Below are positions 18,802 through 29,108 of a stretch of DNA of 47,474 nt, piece after piece. The notes beneath the pieces were generated by a model that was not told the DNA's origin, searched no databases, and worked only from the letters and a program-made list of their open reading frames with translations. Location of the stretch: assembly GCA_020831765.1 (NCBI GenBank), contig JAFIFY010000171.1, forward strand, positions 1 through 47,474, written 5' to 3'. This stretch comes from Phycisphaeraceae bacterium. Lineage in GTDB: Bacteria; Planctomycetota; Phycisphaerae; Phycisphaerales; Phycisphaeraceae. A program made the translations under genes and the position numbers. Every line of letters starts with the position of its first letter. Positions within the stretch are counted from its first letter, which is position 1.

Positions 18802-20301
18802 TTACCGCTCATCGGACTCTTCTTCAGGCTGATCAGGTCCGGGCTCCAGATCAACATCGGACCAGCGCATGGGCTCAACCTGGAAAACCGATTCCCGCTT
18901 GTCCGACTCAGCGGTCAGCGCCTCGATCGCAGCGCGTTCCTCGCCGGCCACATCCCGGCCCTTTTGCCGCTGGCGGAAGATCAGGCGGATGGGCACCTCG
19001 CTGAAAGGCAGCACATCCCTCATGCGGTTGAGCAGAAAGCGCTGGAAGGTTCCATCGAAATAATCGGGATTGTTCACCCAGAATCCGATGGTGGGCGGGT
19101 GGACGGCAAGTTGGGTGGCGTAATAGATTCGGCCGCGCTTCCCGCCTTTGCTCACCGGCGGAGACTGGCCCACGATGGATTCGATCGTGCGGTTCAACTC
19201 CCCGGTCCCCACCCGATGGCCCGCCTGCTGGTGGAGATTCACAGCCATGGCCAGCAGGTCGGTGAGGCCCTCGGCTCGGGCGGCACTGATGAAGGCGATC
19301 GGAGCAAAGCTCAGCCCTTTGAGCTGCTTGTCCAGGTATTCCAGGTAATCATCCTGGGTGCTCTGGTCCCGGGCCAGGTCCCATTTGTTGATGGCGATGA
19401 TGCATGGTTTGAAGTGCTTCTGAATCTCGTTGCCCAGTTGCTTATCCACCTGGCTCACCGGCGCCATGGCATCGACGACCAGCACCACCACATCGGCCCG
19501 GCGGACGGAGCGCAGCGATCGGTGATAACTGAAAAACTCGATGTCATCGGCCAGGCTCTTGCGCTTGCGCACCCCAGCGGTGTCGATCGCGGTGAGAACC
19601 CTGCCGGAAACTTCCATACGGACATCGACACTATCGCGCGTCGTTCCTTCCAGCTCGCTGACGATGACCCGCTCTTCACCCGCCCAGGCATTGATCAGCG
19701 TGCTCTTGCCGCTGTTCCGCTTGCCGACCACGGCCAGTCGAAGGCCCTCATCGGGCCGATCGGACGAGCCGGCATCGCGGCGGTATCGCCTGTCCAGCCG
19801 CTTGAGCGCATCCTCGATCGCCTCGACCAGCAGCGTCCGGCGATATCGCGTCGTGGCCGAGACGGTCCGCGGCTCGCCGAACCCCAGGGCATGAGCCTCG
19901 ACGGCCAACGGCTCCAGCCCTTCGCCATCCACCTTATTGGCCACCAGCAGGATCGGTTTGCCGGTGTTGGCCGAGCGCAGCATGCGGGCAATCCTCTGAT
20001 CCAAGGGTGTGATCCCCGCCTGTGCATCAACCACAAAAAGGATCAGGTCCGCCTCAGCCAGGCCCAAGGCGATCTGGCGTTCCACGTCGGCGGTCAGGTT
20101 CTGGGCATCCTCGATGCCGTAGCCTCCGGTATCGATAAGCTCAATGTGGCGATCCCGCGAAAGCTGGGCAAAGGCCCGCAGACGATCGCGCGTCACGCCC
20201 GGCGTGGGATCGACAATGCTCAGGCTGCGTCCGCAGAGCATATTGAAAATGCTGGACTTGCCCACGTTCGGACGACCCACGATAACCACTCGATCCAGCA
20301 T
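18802..20301 (-). CDS. der: Ribosome-biogenesis GTPase Der (EngA) with tandem GTP-binding domains and an acidic C-terminal extension
   Basis: Two G domains: GRPNVGKSSIFN...DTGG and GKRNSGKSTLIN...DTAG, plus a KH-like C-terminal region. The likely start is MLDRVVIVG at 20301; the track ORF extends to 20376. The acidic tail ends PEEESDER. Confidence 0.9.
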   Translation of the reverse strand: MLDRVVIVGRPNVGKSSIFNMLCGRSLSIVDPTPGVTRDRLRAFAQLSRDRHIELIDTGGYGIEDAQNLTADVERQIALGLAEADLILFVVDAQAGITPLDQRIARMLRSANTGKPILLVANKVDGEGLEPLAVEAHALGFGEPRTVSATTRYRRTLLVEAIEDALKRLDRRYRRDAGSSDRPDEGLRLAVVGKRNSGKSTLINAWAGEERVIVSELEGTTRDSVDVRMEVSGRVLTAIDTAGVRKRKSLADDIEFFSYHRSLRSVRRADVVVLVVDAMAPVSQVDKQLGNEIQKHFKPCIIAINKWDLARDQSTQDDYLEYLDKQLKGLSFAPIAFISAARAEGLTDLLAMAVNLHQQAGHRVGTGELNRTIESIVGQSPPVSKGGKRGRIYYATQLAVHPPTIGFWVNNPDYFDGTFQRFLLNRMRDVLPFSEVPIRLIFRQRQKGRDVAGEERAAIEALTAESDKRESVFQVEPMRWSDVDLEPGPDQPEEESDER

Positions 20302-20465
20302 GATTGCCTCAACAGGTGCTTTCCAAAGTGCCCCGCCGCGCTGCGCGGCGCGGGCCGCCGTTTTCCAGTGAGTCATGGTAACGCGATGCGCTTGAGCCTG
20401 CCGCCGGGGCTGGATCGTTCGCCGCCTGGCATGTCCCGGGGGTGTTCACAGGGCCGGAAGCCCGT

Positions 20466-21899
20466 TCAGTTGGCCGATGCTTGAAGCATTCTGATTCGCT
20501 TCCATCCACCGCCGCGAAAACGCAGGAGCAGGGCGATCCCGGTGACGATGATGTAGAGCGTGGCCGCGCCCCACGGCCCCAGCGGCCCGAACTGGGGAAG
20601 CAGATACATCGCCACGACGGCGCCGCCCAGGAAGATGACCGCGGCGCCCGATAGCATCACCACCGCCGGTACCAGGTTATCCCCACAGCCTCGCAGCGCG
20701 CTGATGAGGCTGATGCCCATGGCATCGAACATCTGGAACACCGCGCACAGAATCAGAATGGCGGCCGCGTGCTGAATGACCTCCGGTTCATCGGTCAGGG
20801 TTCTGACCAGTTGGAATCGAAACAGGAGATAGATCAGCCCGATCAGGCCCATGTACGCAAGGGTGAATCGCAGACACCACGCCACGTTGCGCCGGACCCG
20901 ATCGTGGTCGCCCTGCCCGATCGCCTTGCCCACCGCCGCGGTCAGGGCGATGCCCATGCCGAACGCGGGCATAAATGAAAACTCCAGAAACCGAAAGACC
21001 AGATTGTGGGCCGCGAGCGCCGCGGTTCCAAATGAACCGATGATCCAGAGCGTGAAGACGCTCCAGGCCAGAAGATCGCCGCAGAACTGCCCGCCGGCCG
21101 GTGCCCCAAAGCGAAGCAGCCGGGCCATCTGAGCCCGGCGCGGCATCCACCCCGCCAGCGTGCCATAGACTCGCCGGTACTCGACAAACGCCAGCATCCA
21201 GATCAGCAGAAAGCCCATCTGAAACGCGGCGGCGATCACCGTGGCCCAGGCCGCACCGGCCATCTCCATCCGGGGGAAACCCCAATTGCCGAAGATCAGG
21301 GCATAGTTGGCCACGAGGTTGAGAACGTTGGCCGCCAGAGCCGCCCAGAAACCGATCGCCGGCCGATGAATGCCGTTGAAAAAGTTGGCCAGTGCCACCG
21401 CCGCCAGCGTCGGACCGATGCCCAGCAGCCCGATCCGCGTGTAGGTGATCTCCATGGCCATGACATCCGGCTCATGTCCCACCCATTGGAAGAATCCCGG
21501 ACAGACCCACCACAGCGGCAGCAGCAGGACGCCAAAACCGATCGAAAGCCAGAGCCCCTGCCATGCGTAACTTCCACGATCACCAAGCCGATTGCGCCCC
21601 AGCGACTGAGCCACAAAGGCATTGACCACCGAGAGCGTACCCATGCCCAACGAGATGAAGATGAACAGCACCACTCCCGCGGGCATGATCGCGGCTTGGG
21701 CCTCGGTGCCCAACCGCGAGATCATCACGAAATCGACCAGCGACATGATCGTGCGCGAGATCATCGAGGCGATGACCGGCAAGGCCAGCCATAACAGCGC
21801 GCGGCCAAGCGGCCAGTCATCAAGTCCCAGGATGGATCGCATGGGGGTGAATTCCGCGGACGGTGGGCCACCCCGGCCGGATCGCCGGGCGATGGACAA
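20466..21899 (-). CDS. MATE family multidrug/oligosaccharide efflux transporter
   Basis: 12-TM protein with a NorM-like N-terminus (LALPVIASMISRTIMSLVDFVMISRLG) and duplicated 6-TM halves. An alternative start at MRSILGL (21842) is possible. Confidence 0.85.
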   Translation of the reverse strand: MSIARRSGRGGPPSAEFTPMRSILGLDDWPLGRALLWLALPVIASMISRTIMSLVDFVMISRLGTEAQAAIMPAGVVLFIFISLGMGTLSVVNAFVAQSLGRNRLGDRGSYAWQGLWLSIGFGVLLLPLWWVCPGFFQWVGHEPDVMAMEITYTRIGLLGIGPTLAAVALANFFNGIHRPAIGFWAALAANVLNLVANYALIFGNWGFPRMEMAGAAWATVIAAAFQMGFLLIWMLAFVEYRRVYGTLAGWMPRRAQMARLLRFGAPAGGQFCGDLLAWSVFTLWIIGSFGTAALAAHNLVFRFLEFSFMPAFGMGIALTAAVGKAIGQGDHDRVRRNVAWCLRFTLAYMGLIGLIYLLFRFQLVRTLTDEPEVIQHAAAILILCAVFQMFDAMGISLISALRGCGDNLVPAVVMLSGAAVIFLGGAVVAMYLLPQFGPLGPWGAATLYIIVTGIALLLRFRGGGWKRIRMLQASAN

Positions 21900-21954
21900 A
21901 CTGGGAATCGAGCCGCGCGGCGGCCGGGCATGAAGTCGAATCCATCAACCGCGC

Positions 21955-23595
21955 TCAAGCGGTTGAAATCGGCGATCGCGGCGAGGCGGCACGAACCGGC
22001 ATCCGCGCTTCGGCCTCCAGGAGGTGGTATTCAAACGCATCGATCAACGCCTTCCACGACGCTTCGACGATGTTCTCACTGACACCCACGGTGCTGAAAT
22101 AGCGGTCGGCTCGGTCCGGGTCGGCGATGGCGAAATCAACGATGACCCGCACCGTCGCCGCTGTCTCCGCGCGGGCGTTGACCACGCGAACCTTGTAATC
22201 ACGAAGATGCAGCCGGCCAAGGTCCGCGTAATGCGGCTCGAGACACTTACGCAACGCGCTGTCCAGCGCGTTGACCGGGCCGTCGCCCTCGGCCACGCGA
22301 TGCTCGACCGCACCGGCGACGCGAAGCTTGACGATCGCCTCCGTACACGGCTCCCGATGATCGACTTTGTGGATCACGCAGCGATAGTGGTCCAGGTCCC
22401 AGAAGTCCATCCGCGTGCCCAGTTCCTGGCGTACCAGCAGCTCAAGACTGGCCCCCGCCGCCTCGAACTGATACCCCACGTGCTCGAGATCCTGAATTCG
22501 ATTGATGACCTTGCGCTGCAATTCACGGTTCTCATCCAGGCGATATTTCTCGCCCAGGAGGGCCTGAAGGTTGGAGACGCCGCTCAGCTCGCTGACCAAA
22601 ACCTTGCGGGTGTTGCCCACCGCATCGGGTCGAACGTGTTCATAGCTTTCGGCCAGCCGATTGACCGCATGCACATGCATGCCGCCCTTGTGGGCGAAGG
22701 CCGACGGGCCGACGAACGGCTGACCGGCCACGAGGTTCAGGTTGGCCAACTCGTAGACATAGCGACTCAGTTCGGTCAGGCCGCCCAGCGCCTCGGAGTT
22801 CAGACAGTCCAGCCCCAGCTTGAGCCGGAGGTTGGCGATCACCGTCGTCAGGTCCACATTGCCGCACCGCTCACCGATACCGTTGATCGTGCCCTGGACC
22901 TGCATTGCGCCTTCTTCGACCGCGGCCAGACTGTTGGCCATGGCCAGCCCGCCATCATTGTGGGTATGGATGCCCAGCCGGACCGACCGCCCAAGCTCCT
23001 GGCGAACCAATCGCGTCGCATCGGCCACCCAATGGGGCAGCGAGCCACCGTTGGTGTCACAGAGAATCACGCGGGTTGCTCCGGCGTCATGCGCGGCCTT
23101 GAGCGTGGCCAGGGCATAGTCGCGATTGGCCTTGAGCCCATCGAAGAAGTGCTCGGCATCATAAAAGACCTCCCGCCCGGATTCGCGGCAGAACCTCACC
23201 GAGTCGGCGATCATCGCCAGGTTTTCCTCGCGCTCGACCCGCAGCACCTCATCGACATGCAGATCCCACGTCTTGCCGACGATCGTGATCACCGGCGCGC
23301 CGCTCTGAACCAGCGCCCGCATCCCCGGATCATCCGCCACATCGACGCCCCGCCGCCGGGTCATGCCAAAGGCGCAGACCTTGGCGTGCTTGAGATTCAG
23401 CTTGGCCGCTTGCTCGAAATACGCCACATCCTTGGGATTGGACAGCGGATAGCCGCCCTCAATGTAATCAAAGCCCATCGCATCGAGCCGCTGGGTGATC
23501 TTCAGCTTGTCCACCAGCGAGAGCGAAACCCCCTCCCCCTGGGTGCCGTCGCGAAGCGTGGTGTCATAGATTTCGATTCGTCGGGTCTGGCTCAT
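21955..23595 (-). CDS. cimA: LeuA-family type 2 synthase: probable (R)-citramalate synthase CimA, or 2-isopropylmalate synthase
   Basis: N-terminal IEIYDTTLRDGTQGEGVSLS is the HMGL-like DRE-TIM metallolyase signature. Length of 546 aa with a LeuA dimerisation/regulatory C-terminal domain. The distinction between cimA and leuA cannot be settled by eye. Confidence 0.75.
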   Translation of the reverse strand: MSQTRRIEIYDTTLRDGTQGEGVSLSLVDKLKITQRLDAMGFDYIEGGYPLSNPKDVAYFEQAAKLNLKHAKVCAFGMTRRRGVDVADDPGMRALVQSGAPVITIVGKTWDLHVDEVLRVEREENLAMIADSVRFCRESGREVFYDAEHFFDGLKANRDYALATLKAAHDAGATRVILCDTNGGSLPHWVADATRLVRQELGRSVRLGIHTHNDGGLAMANSLAAVEEGAMQVQGTINGIGERCGNVDLTTVIANLRLKLGLDCLNSEALGGLTELSRYVYELANLNLVAGQPFVGPSAFAHKGGMHVHAVNRLAESYEHVRPDAVGNTRKVLVSELSGVSNLQALLGEKYRLDENRELQRKVINRIQDLEHVGYQFEAAGASLELLVRQELGTRMDFWDLDHYRCVIHKVDHREPCTEAIVKLRVAGAVEHRVAEGDGPVNALDSALRKCLEPHYADLGRLHLRDYKVRVVNARAETAATVRVIVDFAIADPDRADRYFSTVGVSENIVEASWKALIDAFEYHLLEAEARMPVRAASPRSPISTA

Positions 23596-23914
23596 GTCGA
23601 TTCACCTTCCGGTCACCAGGCGGGTTGGCCTGTTCATGCTTTCCATCGGCGGCGTCCGGTCGCTTCGGTCAGATTGCGCGGCCACGACCGGCGGATCGCC
23701 ACACAAAAAAACCCCGCCGTTTCGGGCAGGGCTGACGGTCTGAACCTGGATCAGATCGAACACCATCCCTACCCGAAGGGTCCGCCAATAATCAGAATGT
23801 CGGCAATGGTTCGGGGCATGGTGGTGTTCCTGATGCCTTTCAGTTTACTCCGTCCATCCACCGTGGGCAACGTGGGCCGGAAAAGTTCGCCTCCGCTCCG
23901 AACCAGCGGGCAGC

Positions 23915-24058
23915 CCCCACCCCCGGGAAGCTGGCCCCCCGGAAGTTGGCCCCCGGATGTTCGCCCCTCGGAAGTTCGGAAGTCTGTCAGCCGAAAGCTG
24001 ATCCCCAGGAAATTCGTCCTGCGGAAGTCCGCCCCCCGGGAGGCTCGCTCCCGGGAAC
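23915..24058. repeat. Dense array (about 9 units) of (C)CCCGGAAG-like motifs at a period of about 15 bp, in the 665-bp region between divergent cimA and yidC
   Basis: CCCCGGGAAG, CCCCCCGGAAG, CCCCCGGATG, CCCTCGGAAG, TCGGAAG, GCGGAAG, CCCCCCGGGAGG and CCCGGGAAC at 23921-24058. No protein-coding signal in the region. Confidence 0.55.
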
Positions 24059-24278
24059 CCTGCCGCGCAAAGCAGGCCACGGGATCGCAGGTCCCCGGCA
24101 CGCCCGGCGGCCCATCGCCCGGAATCCATCGCAAGGCGTCTGCAACGGCGAGTATCGCACACTATACTGATCCACTTTCCGGCGACGAGGCTGCCGGTTT
24201 TGCGCATCGGCGGCCTTCCCAGAACGTGCTCCCACCGTAACGGGGCCTTAATCCCTGCAATTGCAAAAGGTTCGATCC

Positions 24279-26612
24279 GTGATACGACTGCTGATGCTTC
24301 TGGCGATTCTGCCCGCGGCGCTCGCTCTGCCGCCGTCAAGCCATGCCGCCGATGCGCCCGGCACCACGCTGGTGGCTGAGGGATTACCGGCCGACGGCGA
24401 CACGCCGGTGAGCTCCCCGGATGATTCGGGGATCAATGGGGGTTCCGGGGGTGTCACGGGTTCTGGGGGTGCGGGGGACAATGATCCTGCGGCGAGCGCC
24501 GATGAATCGCCGCCGTTTGAAGGTGATGCTCCGGGTCCGGCCGCTGAAGAACCAACCGAAGGTGAAGCGGCGGTTCCGGCCCGAACGACGCCACCGGCCG
24601 CGCCCGCGAGCGAAGAGGCACCGGGCAGCCAACTGCTTGAAGGACTCCGTGCCCGCCAGGCGGCTGAGCAGCAGACGGCCACGCTTGGTTCCGTGGACCC
24701 GACTTCGGCATTTCTGATGCAGGCCGATATCAGTATGTGGGGGGCGGGTGTTCAGCGCATCATGCTGACCGAACACCATAAGACGGTGCGTCGAACCGAG
24801 AACTACGTCATCCAGGCGCCGGTGCGCTCCGGCGATGCCTGGGGGCTGCCGATGGCAGCGCGGCAATTGACCATTCTGGATGGCGAACGCGAGATTCATG
24901 TACCGTTGGGCGCGGTGGCGTGGCAACGCGAAGGGGATGTGGTCCGCACCGAATCCGCCGATTCGGTCACCTATTCGGTGATCATTGAAAACCAGCGGGG
25001 CCAACGGCTGTTGAAGATCACGCGCCGCATCGAGCTGCGCGCCGGCGCCTACCATCTGGATTTCCATCAGACCCTGGAGAGCTTCAGCCCCAGGCCCATC
25101 CGCGTGGAATTCATCCTGCACGGCGTCGGCGATGTGCCCGAGGAGCGGTCATACCTGGGCGAGAAGCGCGATTTCGCCGCCGGCTTTTTCGATACCCGGG
25201 ACGATCCGGCGCGAAGGCATGTCTACTCCAAGGGAACGTGGATGCCCAGGGGCCGGGTCATCTCCGATCGACAGGACATGATCGATCAACGCATCCTCGA
25301 GCCCGGCTCTCTGAGCGCCCGCCCCTTCTGGCAGTCCGGCCAGGAAGGCCGGCATCTGATCTGGGCCGCGGCCACCAACCGCTATTTCGCCGCCGTCGCC
25401 GCCCTGCCCATTCGCGAAAATGAGACCGAGCGCGGCCGCGCGGTCACGCCACTGGACGATCGATTCCTGCTGGGCATCCGCGTCGTCGGCTCCGCACGAC
25501 CCCTGCCCGGCGAGCCCGAGCCGGGCGTCCTGACCGTGCTGCGTTCACGGCCCATCGACCTGAACCAGGGCGATACGGTTCCCCTGGATGTAATGTTCTA
25601 TACCGGGCCGCGCAAGCATGGCGTCTTCCGGGAGTCGCCTTACCGTGTGCTGGGCCTGGATGAACTGCTGCATTACGACCTGGGCGGACCGTGCAGCTTC
25701 TGTACCTTCCAGTGGCTGGCCCATGCGCTGATCTGGTTCCTTCGAAGCATCCACTCGGTCCTCTTTGATTGGGGGCTGGCGATCATCGTCCTGGTGCTGG
25801 CCGTGCGATTGATCCTTCATCCGCTGACCAAGAAATCGCAGATCAGCATGACCAAGATGAGCAAGCAGATGCAGGCCCTTCAGCCTGAGATCAAGAAGCT
25901 CAAGGAGAAATACAAGGACGATCCCAAGCAGCTTCAGCAGGAGCAGATGAAGCTCTTCCGGGAAAAAGGCGTCAATCCGCTGAACATGCTCGGTTGTCTG
26001 CCGCTGTTTCTTCAGATGCCGATCTGGCTGGCCCTTTACTCGATGCTGTTCTTCGCCATCGAGCTTCGACACCAGCCCGCCTTTTACGGCGTCTTTCAGA
26101 TGCTGGGCGACTGGCGATTCCTGGCCGATCTGTCCGAGCCTGATCAGTTCATCAACTTCCGGCCCGGCGAGTCGTTCCGGCTTCCGTTCATCGGCGTGCA
26201 GATGGCCTATGCCTTCAACATCCTGCCGATCCTGATGGCCGTGTTCTTCTTCTACCAGCAGAAGCTGATGACGCCTCCGGCCATGACGCCCGAGCAGGCC
26301 CAGCAGCAGAAGATCATGCGCATCATGATGCTCTTCTTCCCGATCTTCCTCTGGCCGGCGCCGGCCGGGCTTAACCTTTACATCCTGGCCTCGAGCATCG
26401 GCGGCACGATCGACAGCCTGATCGTGCGCCGCACGGTCAAGCGCATGGAAGAAGCCGGAACGCTTTTCGCCAAGAAGGAACGCAAGAGCGGAGGGTTCAT
26501 GGACCGCATGACCAAAGCCGTGCAGGCCCAGCAGGAGGAGCTGGCCAAGCGTCAGGCCGGAGCCAAGCCCGACAAGCGATCGCAGCGCCCCGGCGGCAAG
26601 CGCAAGCGATGA
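24279..26612 (+). CDS. yidC: Membrane protein insertase YidC (long form with large N-terminal periplasmic domain and a Gly/Pro/Ala/Glu-rich linker)
   Basis: The C-terminal 60-kDa-inner-membrane-protein core (HPLTKKSQISMTKMSKQMQALQPEIKKLKEKYKDDPKQLQQEQMKLFREKGVNPLNMLGCLPLFLQMPIWLALY) is diagnostic. The start is ambiguous: TTG 24261, GTG 24279 or ATG 24294. Confidence 0.9.
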   Translation: MIRLLMLLAILPAALALPPSSHAADAPGTTLVAEGLPADGDTPVSSPDDSGINGGSGGVTGSGGAGDNDPAASADESPPFEGDAPGPAAEEPTEGEAAVPARTTPPAAPASEEAPGSQLLEGLRARQAAEQQTATLGSVDPTSAFLMQADISMWGAGVQRIMLTEHHKTVRRTENYVIQAPVRSGDAWGLPMAARQLTILDGEREIHVPLGAVAWQREGDVVRTESADSVTYSVIIENQRGQRLLKITRRIELRAGAYHLDFHQTLESFSPRPIRVEFILHGVGDVPEERSYLGEKRDFAAGFFDTRDDPARRHVYSKGTWMPRGRVISDRQDMIDQRILEPGSLSARPFWQSGQEGRHLIWAAATNRYFAAVAALPIRENETERGRAVTPLDDRFLLGIRVVGSARPLPGEPEPGVLTVLRSRPIDLNQGDTVPLDVMFYTGPRKHGVFRESPYRVLGLDELLHYDLGGPCSFCTFQWLAHALIWFLRSIHSVLFDWGLAIIVLVLAVRLILHPLTKKSQISMTKMSKQMQALQPEIKKLKEKYKDDPKQLQQEQMKLFREKGVNPLNMLGCLPLFLQMPIWLALYSMLFFAIELRHQPAFYGVFQMLGDWRFLADLSEPDQFINFRPGESFRLPFIGVQMAYAFNILPILMAVFFFYQQKLMTPPAMTPEQAQQQKIMRIMMLFFPIFLWPAPAGLNLYILASSIGGTIDSLIVRRTVKRMEEAGTLFAKKERKSGGFMDRMTKAVQAQQEELAKRQAGAKPDKRSQRPGGKRKR

Positions 26613-26663
26613 TTCGTTTGGTCGGCTTGCCGCGGCATCGCCAGCGCCCGCCCCCGGTGTCTG

Positions 26664-28076
26664 ATGAGCAACTGGACCGACACCATCGTCGCCCGAAGCT
26701 CGCCTCCCGGTCACACGACCCGGACGCTGATCCGGATCAGCGGCCCGAAGGCCGAGGACATCATTGCCCGGCTACTCGATCACCCCATCACCGAACCGCG
26801 CAGGCTCACCCAACGCCGCCTTATCCTCGATCCCGACTCATCCCCGGCCCTGCCGGTGCTCGCGTGTTTCTTCGAGCCCCCGGCCTGCTACACCGGTGAA
26901 CCGACGGCCGAGATTCAGTTTCCGGGCAATCCGGAACTGGTTCGCCGCGTGCTGGATCGATGCGTGCAACTGGGCGCGCGGCCGGCCGAGGCGGGCGAGT
27001 TCACCTTTCGCGCCATGATTCACGGCAGGCTCGACCTGACCGAGGTCGAAGGCATCGGCGCCACCATCGCGGCCGAGAACGATGCGGAACTCGCGGCGGC
27101 CGCGACGCTTCGCCAGGGCGCGCTGAGCCAGGTTGTCAACGACATCGCCGATCGAGTCACCCACCTGCTGGCCCTGGTCGAAGCGGGCATTGACTTCACC
27201 GACCAGGAGGATGTGACGGCGATCGGGCCCGATGAACTGGCACATTCCGCCGGACAGACCCTCGAGAAGCTCCGGGAACTGATCCAGCGTTCAGTCAACT
27301 GGCAGGCGGTGACCCAGGTGCCCGCGGTCGTGCTGGCCGGACCGCCCAGCAGCGGCAAGAGCACACTCTTCAACGCGCTGCTGGGCCGGGAGCGCTCGGT
27401 GACGCACCATCAGCCGGGCACGACACGCGATGTGCTGGTCGAGGAGATGAACCTTCCCACACGCGGCCCGACCCCGATGCGCATTCAGTTGATCGACATG
27501 GCCGGACTTGATGAGCCGCTCCTGCGGCTGGATCGCCAAGTCCAGGAACAGGCCCGCACGACCATCGAGCAGGCCGACCTGGTGATACTCCTCGAAGAGG
27601 CCCACGACGGGCCCTTGCCCGGCTTCCTGATCCCAAGCCACGAACGCCGCATCATTCGAATCCGGCCCCGCATCGATCAGCAACCACCGGCTCGTTCCCC
27701 TTCGGTCATCAACGTTTGTGCCCTGGATGGTCGCGGTCTGCCGGAATTGCTCGAGGCCATGGCTCAACGCCTTGGCGCGGGCGGACCGACGATGGCCCAG
27801 GGAATGATGGCGCTCCAGCCCCGGCATGCCGCCGCGCTGCAGCAGGCGGCCGATCGCCTGGCCCAGTCAATCGTTCATGCCGGTGGTGCCGATCGATCCT
27901 CACCCCCGGCCCCGCGTGTGGCGAATCGGAGAAAAGACGCCGGCATCGCCCCGGCATGGGAACTGGTTGCTTTCGAGCTGCGCCGGAGCCTTGATGCCCT
28001 GGGCTCGATCACCGGGAGGGTGACGCCGGACGACATCATCGGGGAAATCTTCAGCCGCTTCTGCATCGGTAAATGA
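26664..28076 (+). CDS. mnmE: tRNA modification GTPase MnmE (TrmE)
   Basis: N-terminal DTIVARSSPPG...IRISGP; central G domain (GPPSSGKSTLFNALLG, DMAGL); C-terminal tetrapeptide CIGK. Confidence 0.9.
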   Translation: MSNWTDTIVARSSPPGHTTRTLIRISGPKAEDIIARLLDHPITEPRRLTQRRLILDPDSSPALPVLACFFEPPACYTGEPTAEIQFPGNPELVRRVLDRCVQLGARPAEAGEFTFRAMIHGRLDLTEVEGIGATIAAENDAELAAAATLRQGALSQVVNDIADRVTHLLALVEAGIDFTDQEDVTAIGPDELAHSAGQTLEKLRELIQRSVNWQAVTQVPAVVLAGPPSSGKSTLFNALLGRERSVTHHQPGTTRDVLVEEMNLPTRGPTPMRIQLIDMAGLDEPLLRLDRQVQEQARTTIEQADLVILLEEAHDGPLPGFLIPSHERRIIRIRPRIDQQPPARSPSVINVCALDGRGLPELLEAMAQRLGAGGPTMAQGMMALQPRHAAALQQAADRLAQSIVHAGGADRSSPPAPRVANRRKDAGIAPAWELVAFELRRSLDALGSITGRVTPDDIIGEIFSRFCIGK

Positions 28077-28349
28077 AGCGGCTTTCCGGATATCGGGGCC
28101 GATCGGTCCAGATGTCCGCGTTCCCGGAACGATCCATCGCGAAGCCTGAATGGCCGATGAGCCGATAATCAGGCGATCGTCCCGGCCGGGATGGGATTTG
28201 CATTCGACAGGACGGCGGGATACGATTTATAAATGTGTAGGAAGCAGCCTTGGCTTGCTCGATGATTGATTCGGTTCTTTTGATAATCCGCATTCCAGTG
28301 TCCCCCAGTTCGACCGTTCCATTTTCCAATCCTGGTTTTATCACTGCCC

Positions 28350-28383
28350 GACGCCGGCTGTTGGCGTCACATGGTTCTTTTTG
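28350..28383 (+). promoter_or_regulatory. Hairpin (GACGCC / GGCGTC) followed by TTCTTTTT inside the AT-rich leader about 65 nt upstream of the RRM-protein start. Possible attenuator or late mnmE terminator
   Basis: 6-bp perfect stem, 7-nt loop, 6-nt gap, then an 8-nt T-rich run. Positions 28200-28440 are markedly AT-rich. Confidence 0.3.
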
Positions 28384-28444
28384 AGTCGCGGGAAGAAAAA
28401 GGCCTGTCACGTTTCCCAGTCCCCGCATGTTTCGGAGTTTCGCT

Positions 28445-28846
28445 ATGAAGATTTATGTTGGCAACATCAGTTTCCAGACCGATGAAGAGGCGCTTCGCGG
28501 CCTGTTCACCAATTACGGCGGCGTTGATGAGGTGACGGTGATCACCGACCGCGAGTCGGGCCGTTCCCGGGGGTTCGCATTCGTCACGATGAGCGACGAC
28601 AGCGAAGCTCAGGCGGCGATCGAAGCGCTCAACGACAGCGACTTTGAAGGTCGCCCGCTCAAGGTCAATGAGGCCAAGCCACGCGAGGAGCGATCCGGCG
28701 GTGGCGGTTTCCGTGGTGGCGGCGGCGGCGGTGGATTCAGAGGGGGTCGTGAAGGCGGCGGTGGCCGGGGCGGCTATCGCGGCGGTGGCGGTGGTGGCGG
28801 TGGTGGTGGCGGCGGCGGCTACTCCAATTCGCGCGAGCGTTGGTGA
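28445..28846 (+). CDS. Glycine-rich RNA-binding protein (single RRM + RGG/Gly-rich tail)
   Basis: RRM with RNP2 (KIYVGN) and RNP1 (RGFAFVTM). The C-terminal [17 protein letters not shown]...[13 protein letters not shown] tail resembles cyanobacterial Rbp / cold-inducible GRPs. The true start is the ATG at 28445. Confidence 0.85.
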   Translation: MKIYVGNISFQTDEEALRGLFTNYGGVDEVTVITDRESGRSRGFAFVTMSDDSEAQAAIEALNDSDFEGRPLKVNEAKPREERSGGGGFRGGGGGGGFRGGREGGGGRGGYRGGGGGGGGGGGGGYSNSRERW

Positions 28847-28883
28847 TTCCGCTGATCCGCAAAGCAGAATGCTGATTTGGTCT

Positions 28884-28920
28884 CAGGCGGATGTCCACAG
28901 GGCGTCCGCCTGTTCTTTTT
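28884..28920 (+). terminator. Rho-independent terminator of the RRM-protein gene
   Basis: CAGGCGGA ... TCCGCCTG, an 8-bp stem, is followed directly by TTCTTTTT, 38 nt after the stop codon. Confidence 0.75.
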
Positions 28921-29108
28921 CCGAGCATCCCGCGGCCAGACCCGAAATCAGGCCGCCTCCAAGCCATTCCAGTCATTGAGCCCGACAGCGTCCCATAACG
29001 CATGGCCAGCCGGCACTTGCTCCCGCCTTGCGGTTGCAGCGCATGCCTGCCGCGCCTTGATGGCCCCTTGTTCCAGCGCTCCGGAAACCCGAGCCGATAA
29101 ACCCGGGG

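Noticed and set aside
18964-20484. 506-aa plus-strand ORF
   Set aside because: It is antisense to der, which has unambiguous tandem G-domain motifs.
23700-23745. A7-C4 / GCCGTTTCGGGCAGGG terminator-like segment
   Set aside because: The stem complementarity is poor (about 3 bp) and no gene ends nearby on the appropriate strand.
22024-24240. 738-aa plus-strand ORF
   Set aside because: It is antisense to the LeuA/CimA-family gene and runs through the repeat-rich intergenic region. It has no conserved motifs.
25545-26714. 389-aa minus-strand ORF
   Set aside because: It is antisense to the yidC core domain.
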